DNA of 64,000 nt from Candidatus Rokuibacteriota bacterium (GTDB lineage Bacteria > Methylomirabilota > Methylomirabilia > Rokubacteriales > CSP1-6). Numbering within the stretch: the stretch's first letter is position 1; every line of letters begins with the position of its first letter. The translations under genes and the position numbers were made by a program. Below the pieces are notes generated by a model, which saw nothing but the letters and a program-made list of their open reading frames with translations, was not told the DNA's origin and made no database searches. The stretch spans positions 5,341 through 69,340 of the forward strand of contig JBIOXS010000189.1 of NCBI GenBank assembly GCA_044869815.1, read 5' to 3'. This document shows positions 50,192-59,496 of this stretch, in pieces.

Positions 50192-50689
50192 TCACGCCGG
50201 CGACCCGGGACGGCCGGTCAGCTGGAGCAGCAGGCGTAACCGGTCGGCGGCCGCGGACGGAGGCTCGTGGGCGAGCGACTCGCACGCGGCAAGCAGCAGC
50301 CAGGCCAGCGTCTCGGCCGGCAGCCCGAGCACGCCTCGGGCGGATGGCGGCGTGGCCTCGATGACGCTCTGCAGCCCCAGGCGAAGCTGCTCGCGCGCCC
50401 ACGCGAGCGCCAGCGCAGCCGTCTTGTCGGTCCGTGCGGCGAGCCAGGCACGGTGCACCGCCGCCGGCAGATCGCCGTCGGGCGCGTAGGCGGCGGCCAG
50501 CGCGCGGACGGCAGCGGGCAGCGCGTCGGCTCCGAGGCCTTCCATCTCGCGCGCGAGCGCCAGCAAACGCCGCTCCGCCTGGCTCGGCGCGGCCACGCGC
50601 TGGCGGGGCGCCGGCGGCGGGCGTTTCGCGGGCGAGGATGGGCGCGCGGCGCGGCGGCGTCCGGCGGCACGCTTGCGTGCGCGGGCCAT
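50192..50689 (-). CDS. Hypothetical protein with an Arg/Pro-rich basic N-terminus
   Basis: ORF 50192..50689. Lies 16 nt downstream of the macB-like permease on the same strand. High GC3 in this frame. No recognisable motif. Confidence 0.45.
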   Translation of the reverse strand: MARARKRAAGRRRAARPSSPAKRPPPAPRQRVAAPSQAERRLLALAREMEGLGADALPAAVRALAAAYAPDGDLPAAVHRAWLAARTDKTAALALAWAREQLRLGLQSVIEATPPSARGVLGLPAETLAWLLLAACESLAHEPPSAAADRLRLLLQLTGRPGSPA

Positions 50690-50705
50690 GGCGCAACCGG
50701 GGCCG

Positions 50706-51935
50706 CTACTCGTAGCGGAGCGCTTCGATCGGATCGAGCCGCGAGGCTTTCCGCGCCGGATAGAAGCCGAAGAAGATTCCGATGGCGGCGGCGAAGCCGA
50801 AGGCGACGACCACGGCCTGCGGGGCCAGCACGGTCCGCCACTCCGCGAGATAGCTGATGGCGCTGGAGCCGCCGATGCCGAGCCCGATGCCGATGATGCC
50901 GCCGATGAGCGACAGCGTCACGGCCTCCACGAGGAACTGCGTGAGGATGTCACGCGCCCGCGCGCCGACGGCCATGCGGAGGCCGATCTCGCGTGTCCGC
51001 TCGGTGACCGACACCAGCATGATGTTCATGATGCCGATGCCGCCGACGAGCAGGGAGACGGAGGCGATGGCGCCGAGGAGGTAGGTCAGCACCGCGGAGG
51101 TCTGCTCCTGCGTTTGCAAGACTTCAGACAGGTTGCGGATCCAGAAGTCGTCCTCCTGGTAGGGCTGCAGGCGATGACGATCGCGCAGCAGGGTGCGAAC
51201 CTGGGCCTCCGCCTCGCTCATGTCCTCGCCGGGCACGACCTTGATCGAGATCGCATGCACGGACCGCGAGTTCGCCTGGGAGGCACCGAGAACCTTCTTC
51301 TTCGCCGTCGAGAGCGGAATGACGATGACGTCGTCCTGGTCCTGACCCCACGTGGTCTGGCCCTTCCGCGCGAGCACGCCCACGACGGTGAAGGGGACTT
51401 TCTTGATGCGGATGATCTCGCCGAGGGGATCGGAGTCGCCGAAGAGGTTGACAGCGGCCGTCTGGCCGACCAGCGCCACCTTCGTGGCGCCGTCGACGTC
51501 CTCGCGGAGGATCGGCCGTCCGGCGTCGAGCGCCCAGTCGCGGGCCTCGAAGAAATCCGCGGTGACGCCGGTAATCGTCGTCGACCAGTTGAGGTTGCCG
51601 TAGACCACCTGGGCGTTGCCACGCGACGCAGGCGCCGCTGCCTGGACGAGCGGCACCTCGCGCGCGATGGCGAGCGCGTCGTCTTCGGTGATCGTCACCT
51701 GACTGCCCTGGCCGAGACGAAGACCGGCGGTATTGCGGCTGCCGGGGAGCACGATGATCAGGTTCGATCCGAGACTCTGGATTTGTTCCGCGACGCGCGC
51801 CTGCGCACCGGTGCCGACTGAGACCATGGCGATCACGGCGCCGACTCCGATCATGATGCCGAGCATCGTCAGCGCCGTGCGGAGCTTGTTGACCCGCAGC
51901 GATCGAAGCGCGATTCGCAGGGCCTGGAAAACCAT
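50706..51935 (-). CDS. ABC transporter permease, MacB/FtsX-type
   Basis: ORF 50706..51935. N-terminal TM helix, large periplasmic domain (MacB_PCD) and a C-terminal FtsX 3-TM module. Its ATG overlaps the ATPase TGA. Confidence 0.88.
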   Translation of the reverse strand: MVFQALRIALRSLRVNKLRTALTMLGIMIGVGAVIAMVSVGTGAQARVAEQIQSLGSNLIIVLPGSRNTAGLRLGQGSQVTITEDDALAIAREVPLVQAAAPASRGNAQVVYGNLNWSTTITGVTADFFEARDWALDAGRPILREDVDGATKVALVGQTAAVNLFGDSDPLGEIIRIKKVPFTVVGVLARKGQTTWGQDQDDVIVIPLSTAKKKVLGASQANSRSVHAISIKVVPGEDMSEAEAQVRTLLRDRHRLQPYQEDDFWIRNLSEVLQTQEQTSAVLTYLLGAIASVSLLVGGIGIMNIMLVSVTERTREIGLRMAVGARARDILTQFLVEAVTLSLIGGIIGIGLGIGGSSAISYLAEWRTVLAPQAVVVAFGFAAAIGIFFGFYPARKASRLDPIEALRYE

Positions 51936-52672
51936 CAGACGAGCGCCTCTTCCTCTGGCAGGCTCGCCAGCATCAGCGCGGCGTCTTCGGGCGTACCGCG
52001 CTGGTCGCCGATGAGACGGCCATCGCGGAAAACGAGGCGGCGTCCGGCGAACGCCGCGATGTCCGGCTCGTGCGTGACCAGCACGATCGTCAGCCCTCCG
52101 CGGTTGAGCCGCTGCAGCAGGGCCATGATCTCTGCGCTCGTCCGTGTATCCAGGTTGCCCGTCGGCTCGTCGGCCAGGATGACCGCCGGATCGTTCACGA
52201 GCGCACGCGCGATGGCGACCCGCTGCTGCTGTCCGCCGGACAGCTGGCTGGGGTGATGGTGCTCGCGGTCGGCGAGTCCGACCTCGGCCAGTCGCGCTCT
52301 GGCGCGCTCGCGCCGCGTTCGTGGGCTCCCGCCCCCGTAGAGCAGCGGTAGCTCGACGTTCTCAAGCGCGCTCGTCCGCGGGAGCAAGTTGAACTGCTGG
52401 AACACGAACCCGATCTTGGCATTGCGGATGGTCGCGAGCTCGTCGCGCGAGAGCCTCGCCACGTCTTCGCCGTCGAGCCAGTACCGGCCCGAGGTCGGCC
52501 GGTCCAGGCACCCGAGCAGGTTCATGAACGTCGACTTGCCGGATCCGGAAGGGCCCATCACCGCCACGAACTCCCCTCGGTCGATGGTCACGGAGACGCC
52601 CCGAAGGGCATGGACGGTGTGCGGGCCGAGCCGATAATCCTTCGTGAGTCCGTCGGTCGCGATGATCGCCAC
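51935..52672 (-). CDS. ABC transporter ATP-binding protein, MacB/LolD-type
   Basis: ORF 51935..52672 with a GTG start. Walker [10 protein letters not shown], signature [15 protein letters not shown] and Walker [12 protein letters not shown]. Confidence 0.92.
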   Translation of the reverse strand: MAIIATDGLTKDYRLGPHTVHALRGVSVTIDRGEFVAVMGPSGSGKSTFMNLLGCLDRPTSGRYWLDGEDVARLSRDELATIRNAKIGFVFQQFNLLPRTSALENVELPLLYGGGSPRTRRERARARLAEVGLADREHHHPSQLSGGQQQRVAIARALVNDPAVILADEPTGNLDTRTSAEIMALLQRLNRGGLTIVLVTHEPDIAAFAGRRLVFRDGRLIGDQRGTPEDAALMLASLPEEEALV

Positions 52673-52674
52673 TG

Positions 52675-54330
52675 TCAGAATCTCAGTCGCGGCGGCTGAC
52701 CGCCGGAGCCTGCGGCTGGCGAGCGCTGGGTCGTCGCCGCCGCCCCGATAATGACGTCCTGGCCCTCTTTCAGCTCGCCGCGGAGGACTTCGGTGGCCGT
52801 GCCGTCGCTAATGCCGAGCGTGAGCGGAACGGCCTTCGGCTTCCCGTCGGCATCGACGATGAAGACCCTTCCGCTCGTCCCGCCGCTCGCTCGGGCCCTG
52901 GCGCTGGCTGCGGCATCGAACGTCAGCTGCTGCGCGGGCGTGAGGATCTCGCGCACGCGCGTTCGCATGTCGCCGAGGATTCGCCGCGTCCGCTGCTGCC
53001 TCTCGGCCTCGGGCACCTCGTTCAGGCCCGCCATCTGCTGACGCATGTCCGTGAGGATCGGCTCGAGCCGGCGCTGCTGATCCTCGGTGAGGCCCAATCC
53101 CTTCACGAGGCGCTCGCGCATTTCCTCTGGCGATGGTCGGCCGGCGCCGAATGCGAACGCCGGCGTGCCGCCGCCGGCGCCGGCCGCCGAGGGCGGCGCG
53201 GCATCGGCGCCGGCCGGCCGGAACCGCAGCGCGGCGTTCGGCACCTTCAGGACGCTCGGCTTCTGGTCATACACGAGCTTCACGTTCGCCGTCATCCCCG
53301 GCAGCAATTTTTCGCCAGGGTTCGCCACGGCGAGGACGACCGTGTACGTGACGACGTTCTGGACGACCTGCGGGGCCTTCCTGATCTGCGTAACCGCGCC
53401 GCTGAACAGCTGGCCCGCGAACGCATCGACGGTGAACGTCGCGCGGTCCTCCAGCGACACCCGCCCGATGTCGGCCTCGTCCACGCTCGTCTCGACCTGC
53501 ATCTTCGTCAGGTCCTGGGCGATGGTGAAGAGCGTTGGCGCCGAGAGGCTCGCCGCCACCGTCTGGCCGACGTCGACCGCGCGCGACACGACCACGCCGT
53601 TCACGGGAGCGCGGATCGTCGTGTAGTTCAGATTGGTCTGCGCCTGCACCAGCGCCGCGCGCTTCTGATCGACCTGGGCGCGCGCCGACTGGAGCGCCGC
53701 CTCCTGCACCCGCAGTTGGGCCTCCGCGGACTTGATGCCGGCCATGAGCGCCTGCTCGGTGGCCCGCGCCGACTCTGACTGGGCGACGGCGGAGTCGTAG
53801 TTCGCTTGCGCGGTGTCGCGGTCGGCCTGCGCGATGAGGTCGCGCCGGAACAGCTCGGCGCTTCGCTCGAGCGCGCGCTTGGCGTCAGCGCGCGCGACGT
53901 CGGCCTTCGCGGTCTGCGCCTTCGCTTGCGCGAGCGCGGCGCGTGCGTTCTCGACGTCGGCGCGCGCCTTCTCCACGGTGGCCGTCTGGTTGAGTATGGC
54001 CGCGCGCGCTGTCTCCACCTCCGCCTTCACCTGGCTGACCTGGGCCTCGAAGAGCTGCGGGTCGATGCGGGCGATGATCTGGTCCTTCTTCACGACGGAG
54101 TTGAAGTCGACGAAAAGCTCCTTGATCTGTCCCGAGACCTGGCTGCCGACCTGAACCGTTGTGACGGCGTTCAGGTTGCCGGTCGCGGAGATGGCCGCGG
54201 TCAGGGCACCGCGTTCGACCTTGGCGAACCGGAACTTGGGCGCGTTGCCGCCGGCCTGCGCATAGAAGTAGCCCCAGATCCCGGCGGCAAGGACCCCGAC
54301 CACGAGAATGAGGGAAAGAACACGCTTCAT
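52675..54330 (-). CDS. Efflux periplasmic adaptor (MacA/HlyD family) with a C-terminal insertion
   Basis: ORF 52675..54351, ATG 54330 preferred ([17 protein letters not shown] membrane anchor). Barrel-sandwich and long coiled-coil hairpin domains. An extra segment of about 116 aa lies before the last beta domain. Confidence 0.85.
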   Translation of the reverse strand: MKRVLSLILVVGVLAAGIWGYFYAQAGGNAPKFRFAKVERGALTAAISATGNLNAVTTVQVGSQVSGQIKELFVDFNSVVKKDQIIARIDPQLFEAQVSQVKAEVETARAAILNQTATVEKARADVENARAALAQAKAQTAKADVARADAKRALERSAELFRRDLIAQADRDTAQANYDSAVAQSESARATEQALMAGIKSAEAQLRVQEAALQSARAQVDQKRAALVQAQTNLNYTTIRAPVNGVVVSRAVDVGQTVAASLSAPTLFTIAQDLTKMQVETSVDEADIGRVSLEDRATFTVDAFAGQLFSGAVTQIRKAPQVVQNVVTYTVVLAVANPGEKLLPGMTANVKLVYDQKPSVLKVPNAALRFRPAGADAAPPSAAGAGGGTPAFAFGAGRPSPEEMRERLVKGLGLTEDQQRRLEPILTDMRQQMAGLNEVPEAERQQRTRRILGDMRTRVREILTPAQQLTFDAAASARARASGGTSGRVFIVDADGKPKAVPLTLGISDGTATEVLRGELKEGQDVIIGAAATTQRSPAAGSGGQPPRLRF

Positions 54331-54378
54331 CACCACTTGGACGCGCCGCAACTCGCCAGTATTCGACTATTTACCAGA

Positions 54379-55815
54379 CTACCGGCGGCCGGTGGCCCGG
54401 TCGAGCCGGGCCAGGGCGATGCGGTAATCGGCCAGGGCCTGCGCCTCGGTGTTCTGGGCCAGGGTGAGGGCCAGCTGGGCGTCGGTCAGCTCGAGGATCG
54501 TTCCCACGCCGGCGTCGAACCGGCCCTGCGCCAGGCGAAAGTTCTCCTGCGCCGACGTGACGGCCACCTGGGCGGCCTGGATCCGCTCCTGCGACTCGAT
54601 CACGTTGCTCTGCGCCTGCTCCACCTCGCGGGAGACGTCGAGCTCGGTGGCCCTGACGCGCGCTTGCGCCGCATCGAAGTTGGCCTTGGCCTCCCGGTAG
54701 CGGGCGATGCGGTTGCCGCCATCGAACAGCGACCAGTTGAGCGACAGGCGGAGCTCCCAGACCTCGCTCAAGTCCGTGCGCTGAGCGCCATAGAACCCGT
54801 CGCCGGTGATGTCCGGGAAGAAGTCGCGGAACGCGCGGCGGACACGGCCCTCGGCGGCATCGGCCTGGAGCCTGGCCTGGCGTGACTCGGGCCGCTGCCG
54901 CAGCGCCTCCTCGGTCAGGCGCGCGGGATCCAGGCTCACCGGCTGATAGATGAGGTTGTCCTCGATCTGCAGCGGCGTCGTCGCCGGCAGGCCCATGGCT
55001 GTGGCCAGCGCCACCCGCGCCAGCCGCTCGGCATTGCGGGCGCGGATGACGTCCACCCGGGCGTTGGCGACGTCGACCTCCGCGCGCGTGACGTCCGACT
55101 TCGGCCGGGTGCCGACCTCGAAGAAACCGCGCGCCGACCGGAGATTCAGCTCGGCCCGCTGCAGCGCCTGCTCGTTCACACGGATCAGCCGCTGCGCGAA
55201 GTTGATGTTGGTGAAGGCCTCCTTGACGGTCTGCGTGACGAGCTGGCGTTGCAGCTCCGTGTCCTCGAGCGCGACCTCGGCGAGCCGCCTCGCCACGTCG
55301 GTGGACGCCCAGCTCTTGCCGAAGTCGAACAGCACCTGCGACAGCGAGATGCGCGGGCCTGCCGACGACGTCGTCCATGTCGTCCCCTGCGTGCTCGTGA
55401 TGGTGCCCGGGGTGGACACGTTCTGTGCCCGGGCCGCCGTCCAGCTCGCGCTCAGCTGCGGCAGCAGGCGCGAGAACTCCTGATCGACGCGGAAGGCCGC
55501 GGCCGCGTAGTCCCCCAGGCGCGCCTGGATCGAGGGCTGCGACTCGAGCGCGATCGCCACCGCGTCGTCCACGGACAGGATGCGGCCGTACACCTTCGCC
55601 TGTGGACTGTTCGCAGGCGGCGCCGTCTGCGCGGGTGCCGGCGTCGGCGCGACGGGCGGAGCCGGCGCCGGCGGTGGAGTGGGCGCGATCGGCGGTGCGG
55701 GCGATACGGGCGGTGCCGGCGCCGGCGTGACCGGTGGCGTCTGGGCGTGCGCGACACTGCTGGCGGCGACCAGGGCGGCGCATCCCACCGCCCACAGCGT
55801 GACGCACGGCCTCAT
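54379..55815 (-). CDS. TolC family outer membrane efflux protein
   Basis: ORF 54379..55815. Signal peptide ending AHA-Q, a Pro/Ala-rich linker, then two OEP repeats. Confidence 0.85.
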   Translation of the reverse strand: MRPCVTLWAVGCAALVAASSVAHAQTPPVTPAPAPPVSPAPPIAPTPPPAPAPPVAPTPAPAQTAPPANSPQAKVYGRILSVDDAVAIALESQPSIQARLGDYAAAAFRVDQEFSRLLPQLSASWTAARAQNVSTPGTITSTQGTTWTTSSAGPRISLSQVLFDFGKSWASTDVARRLAEVALEDTELQRQLVTQTVKEAFTNINFAQRLIRVNEQALQRAELNLRSARGFFEVGTRPKSDVTRAEVDVANARVDVIRARNAERLARVALATAMGLPATTPLQIEDNLIYQPVSLDPARLTEEALRQRPESRQARLQADAAEGRVRRAFRDFFPDITGDGFYGAQRTDLSEVWELRLSLNWSLFDGGNRIARYREAKANFDAAQARVRATELDVSREVEQAQSNVIESQERIQAAQVAVTSAQENFRLAQGRFDAGVGTILELTDAQLALTLAQNTEAQALADYRIALARLDRATGRR

Positions 55816-55941
55816 GGAGCATCTCCCTTGGATTACCGGCTGTCCGAATGCACTTCGGACTGCGCGACACGGCGAAGGATATCACGCGTCGGTGGACCCG
55901 CGGTGGATGGGGCCGTGGACGGGCTGTGGACTCCTTTTTCC

Positions 55942-55996
55942 TTGACGAACGCGATATGCTGCGTGGTATGGTCTCGGCCACCACAAGATATAGGAG
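55942..55996 (+). promoter_or_regulatory. Candidate nrdJ promoter (TTGACG ... TGgTATGGT) with two NrdR-box-like AT-cored palindromes
   Basis: TTGACG at 55942-47 and TATGGT at 55967-72 (19-nt spacer, TG at 55964-65). Boxes ACGCGATATGCTGCGT (55949-64) and CCACAAGATATAGGAG (55981-96) each match about 11 of 16 positions of the NrdR consensus as I recall it. Confidence 0.3.
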
Positions 55997-56003
55997 GTGC
56001 CGG

Positions 56004-59000
56004 ATGCTGTCGGAGACCCGCCCCGCGAAAGTCGGCCAGTGGACTGAACCCGCCCTCCGCGTCCTCCGCGAGCGCTATCTCCTCCGCAAGGATGGAGAGG
56101 TGATCGAGACGCCGGAGGAAATGTGCTGGCGGGTCGCGGTGTCCATCGCCGCCGGGGAAGGGCGCTACGGCCGCAGCCCGGCCGCCGTCCGAGAAGTCGC
56201 CGAGGCCTTCTACGACATGATCGTCGACGGCTATTTCATCCCGAACTCGCCCACGCTGATGAACGCGGGCAAGGGAAACGGTCTCCAGTACTCGGCGTGC
56301 TACGTCCTGCCCGTCGGCGATTCGATGGAGGAGATCTTCGACTCGGTCAAGGCCGCGGCCATCATACATAAAAGTGGTGGTGGCACTGGATTTGCCTTCT
56401 CGCGCCTGCGTCCAAAGGACGACATCGTCAGCTCGACGGGCGGTCGCGCGTCCGGCCCGGTCTCGTTCTTGAAGGTATTCAACGGCGCGACCGAAGCGGT
56501 GAAGCAGGGGGGCACGCGGCGCGGCGCGAACATGGGGATCCTGAAGGTCGACCATCCCGACATCCTCGAGTTCATCGACTGCAAGCTGGACGGCGGGATC
56601 ACGAACTTCAACATCTCCGTGGCCGCCACCGACAAGTTCATGGACGCACTGGCCCGCGGCGAAGAATACGATCTCGTCAATCCGCACACGAAGAAGGTCG
56701 TCGAGCGGCTGTCGGCGCGCGAGGTCTTCGAGCGCATCGTCCGCGCGGCGTGGCGCACCGGCGATCCGGGCATGGTGTTCATCGATCGCATCAACGCCAG
56801 CCCGGCCAACCCCACGCCGGAGATGGGCCAGGTCGAAGCGACCAACCCTTGTGTCACCGGCGACACGCTCGTCTACACGGCAGCCGGGCTCGTACGCGCC
56901 GATGTCTTGGCCGCTCAGAAAGAGTCGATCGACGTCGTCCTCGACTCGCGGTTCGATGCCGGGGAGTGGGGACCCGCCTCGGCGGTCTTCGAGACCGGCG
57001 CCAAGCCCGTGTATCGCCTGGTCACGACCGAGGGTTACGAGCTGAAGCTCACCGCCGATCATCGTGTCATGACAGCGCGAGGCTGGCGTCGAGCCGACGA
57101 GCTCGAGCCCGGCGACCTGCTCCACATCCTCAACCGGAAAGGTGCGTTCGGGACGACCGGGACCCTCGAGGAGGGCCGCCTTCTCGGCTGGCTCGTCGGC
57201 GACGGACACATCCGCCCGGACAAGGGCGCAATACTGAGATTCTATGGCGAGGAGAAGCGCGAGCTGGCGCCGGCGTTTGCCGAGTGGATGAATACCGCGC
57301 TCGGTTCCAAGCCGGGCGACCGTTATCACGTGTCGGCCGTCGAAGTCACGGGCCGTGATCAGGCCACGGTGAGCTCCGTTCGATTCGCGCGGCTCGCCCA
57401 GCAACGCTTCGGACTGACGCAAGAGAACAAGGTTGCTGGTGTCCCCCCGGCGGTGCTCGCCGGCTCCGAGGCGCTCCAGCGAGGATTCCTGCAGGCGCTC
57501 TTCACCGCTGACGGGCAGGTATACGGCAGCCGGCAGAGAGGGCTGTCGGCGCGGCTGACGTCGATGTCGCTGCCGCTGCTTCGTGACGTTCAGCGCATGC
57601 TGCTCAACTTCGGCATTGCCTCACGGATCTACCCGAACCGGCACACCGAGAGGCCGAGGACGATGCCGGATGGGCGTGGCGGCTCGGCAGAGTATCTGTG
57701 CAACGCGGATCACGACCTCGCAGTTGCTCGCGAGAACGTCGTGGCGTTCCTGGACGACATTGGATTCTTGACGCGCGCCAAGCAGGATCGTCTGTGTCAT
57801 CAGACCGCGTACGTTCGTCGTCCATATCGCGAGCCGTTCGTGGCCCGGTTCGAGGCGCTGGAACCGCTCGGGATCGAGACCGTCTTCGACCTCAAGGAGC
57901 CGTTCACGCACAGCTTCATCGCGAACGGTCTGGTCGTGCACAATTGTGGCGAACAACCGCTTTTGCCGAACGAGGCGTGCAACCTCGGCTCCCTGAACGT
58001 CTCGAAGTTCGCGCGGCGGCCGGAGAACGGCGAGTGGTCCATCGACTGGGACGAGATGGAGCGCGTGGTGCGCCTGGCCGTGCGGTTCCTCGATGACGTC
58101 ATCGAGATGAATCCGTACCCGCTGCCGGAGATCGACCAGACGGTGAAGGCCAACCGTCGCATCGGGCTCGGCATCATGGGCTGGGCCGACCTGCTCTTCG
58201 TCATGGGCATCCCGTACGAGACGCAAGAGGCCATCGATCTCGCCGATCGTCTCATGTCGTTCGTCAAGGAGAAGTCGCACGATCAGTGTGCCAAGCTCGC
58301 CGAGGAGCGGGGGCCGTTCCCGAACTGGAGCCGGTCGATCTACAAGGACGTCCGCCCGATGCGGAACTCGACGGTGACGACCATCGCGCCGACCGGCACC
58401 ATCTCGATGATCGCCGGCTGCTCGTCCGGCATCGAGCCGATCTTCGCGCTCGCGTTCCAGCACCGCGTCAAGCAGCCGGACGGCGAGCGGGTGCTGACGT
58501 TCGTGAACGAGACCTTCGAGGCGATCGCCCGCGAGAAGGGCTTCTTCTCGACGGCGCTGATGGAGGAGATCGCCAGGCACGGCACGCTCCACGACATCCC
58601 CGGCGTGCCGGAAGAAGCGGCCCGCGTCTTCAAGACCTCGCACGAGATCCCGTTCGAGTGGCACGTGCGGCATCAGGCGGCCTTCCAGCGCTACACCGAC
58701 AACGGCGTGTCGAAGACGATCAACCTGCCAAACGATGCGAGCGAGGTGGACGTCGCCAACGCCTACAAGCTCGCCTGGGAGCTCGGCTGCCTCGGCATCA
58801 CCGTGTTCCGCGACGGGTGCAAGGGCGAGCAGGTGCTGAACGTCGGCGTCGGCAAGAAGGACAAGGTCGCCGCGCAGCTTCCCACTGCCGGCCAGGTCGT
58901 GATCAAGCCGCGGCCCCATAGCCTTTCGGGCAAGACGTATCGGATGGAGACGCCGATCGGCACCGCGTTCATCACGGTCAACGAGACGCCCGAGGGCGAG

Positions 59001-59393
59001 CCCTTCGAGGTGTTCGTCCAGGTCGGCAAGGGCGGCTCCGACACCATGGCCGTGGCGGAGGCGCTCGGACGCCTCATTTCGCTCACGCTCAGGCTACCTT
59101 CGCCGCTTTCAGCTCAGCGACGGCTCGAAGAGGTCATCAGCCAGCTCGCGCGGATCGGCGGCGCCCAGCCGATGGGCTTCGGCGCCGGCAAGATCCTGTC
59201 GCTGCCCGACGCGCTGGCGCGCACGCTGGCCGAGCACACGGGACAGCTGAAGCAGCCCGGCGCGCCCAGCCAGCCACCGCACGCCGACGAGCGGCGGACG
59301 ATCGGCGATCTCTGCAAGGAATGCGGCCAGGCCACCTTCGTCTACGAGGAAGGGTGCAAGAAGTGTCTCTCGTGCGGCTTCAACGAGTGCTGA
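56004..59393 (+). CDS. nrdJ: Adenosylcobalamin-dependent (class II) ribonucleotide reductase, intein-containing
   Basis: ORF 55848..59393, ATG 56004 with SD AGGAGG 5 nt upstream. Exteins carry the class II motifs: TNP|C..|CGEQPL active-site finger, CNLGS, TIAPTGT. C-terminal CKECG...CKKCLSCG zinc ribbon. Confidence 0.92.
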   Translation: MLSETRPAKVGQWTEPALRVLRERYLLRKDGEVIETPEEMCWRVAVSIAAGEGRYGRSPAAVREVAEAFYDMIVDGYFIPNSPTLMNAGKGNGLQYSACYVLPVGDSMEEIFDSVKAAAIIHKSGGGTGFAFSRLRPKDDIVSSTGGRASGPVSFLKVFNGATEAVKQGGTRRGANMGILKVDHPDILEFIDCKLDGGITNFNISVAATDKFMDALARGEEYDLVNPHTKKVVERLSAREVFERIVRAAWRTGDPGMVFIDRINASPANPTPEMGQVEATNPCVTGDTLVYTAAGLVRADVLAAQKESIDVVLDSRFDAGEWGPASAVFETGAKPVYRLVTTEGYELKLTADHRVMTARGWRRADELEPGDLLHILNRKGAFGTTGTLEEGRLLGWLVGDGHIRPDKGAILRFYGEEKRELAPAFAEWMNTALGSKPGDRYHVSAVEVTGRDQATVSSVRFARLAQQRFGLTQENKVAGVPPAVLAGSEALQRGFLQALFTADGQVYGSRQRGLSARLTSMSLPLLRDVQRMLLNFGIASRIYPNRHTERPRTMPDGRGGSAEYLCNADHDLAVARENVVAFLDDIGFLTRAKQDRLCHQTAYVRRPYREPFVARFEALEPLGIETVFDLKEPFTHSFIANGLVVHNCGEQPLLPNEACNLGSLNVSKFARRPENGEWSIDWDEMERVVRLAVRFLDDVIEMNPYPLPEIDQTVKANRRIGLGIMGWADLLFVMGIPYETQEAIDLADRLMSFVKEKSHDQCAKLAEERGPFPNWSRSIYKDVRPMRNSTVTTIAPTGTISMIAGCSSGIEPIFALAFQHRVKQPDGERVLTFVNETFEAIAREKGFFSTALMEEIARHGTLHDIPGVPEEAARVFKTSHEIPFEWHVRHQAAFQRYTDNGVSKTINLPNDASEVDVANAYKLAWELGCLGITVFRDGCKGEQVLNVGVGKKDKVAAQLPTAGQVVIKPRPHSLSGKTYRMETPIGTAFITVNETPEGEPFEVFVQVGKGGSDTMAVAEALGRLISLTLRLPSPLSAQRRLEEVISQLARIGGAQPMGFGAGKILSLPDALARTLAEHTGQLKQPGAPSQPPHADERRTIGDLCKECGQATFVYEEGCKKCLSCGFNEC
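56850..57944 (+). mobile_element. Intein (365 aa) with a LAGLIDADG homing-endonuclease domain, inserted at the catalytic Cys of NrdJ
   Basis: The host motif EATNP-CGEQPL is interrupted. The intein starts CVTGDTLV (block A), has TADHRV (block B), LLGWLVGDGH and FLQALFTADG (LAGLIDADG motifs), and ends LVVHN followed by the +1 Cys. Confidence 0.9.
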
Positions 59394-59420
59394 TCGCGGC
59401 AGCGCTCGCGTAAGCCGACA

Positions 59421-59455
59421 GCCCGGCGCCGTCGCTCGATGGGACGGCGCCGGGC
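59421..59455 (+). terminator. GC-rich hairpin after nrdJ (terminator candidate, no U-tract)
   Basis: 13-bp stem GCCCGGCGCCGTC (59421-33) / GACGGCGCCGGGC (59443-55) with a 9-nt loop. Confidence 0.5.
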
Positions 59456-59481
59456 GGATCGACGGGCCACGGAGGTCGTGA

Positions 59482-59490
59482 TGCTAGAAT
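59482..59490 (+). promoter_or_regulatory. Extended -10 box TGcTAGAAT placed 6 nt before GTG 59497 (leaderless-type)
   Basis: Reads TGCTAGAAT cgcggc GTG, the same geometry as at 29032 and 8933. Confidence 0.4.
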
Positions 59491-59496
59491 CGCGGC

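Noticed and set aside
50192-50689. The hypothetical gene as the TetR-type repressor of the efflux operon.
   Set aside because: There is no helix-turn-helix region. The N-terminus is an Arg/Pro-rich tail, and there is no room upstream for a frameshifted DNA-binding domain. It is kept as hypothetical only.
55600-55760. Repetitive GC-rich DNA with short imperfect repeats (ggcgccgg / ggtgg variants), considered as a tandem repeat or array.
   Set aside because: It is the coding sequence, on the minus strand, for the Pro/Ala-rich linker (PPVTPAPAPPVSPAPPIAPTPPPAPAPPVAPTPAPA) after the TolC signal peptide. It has no regular period and no spacer structure.
55816-56003. A cobalamin riboswitch upstream of the B12-dependent nrdJ.
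   Set aside because: I could find no B12-box-like core. The region is short once the promoter and SD are accounted for. B12 repression of a B12-requiring RNR would also be illogical.
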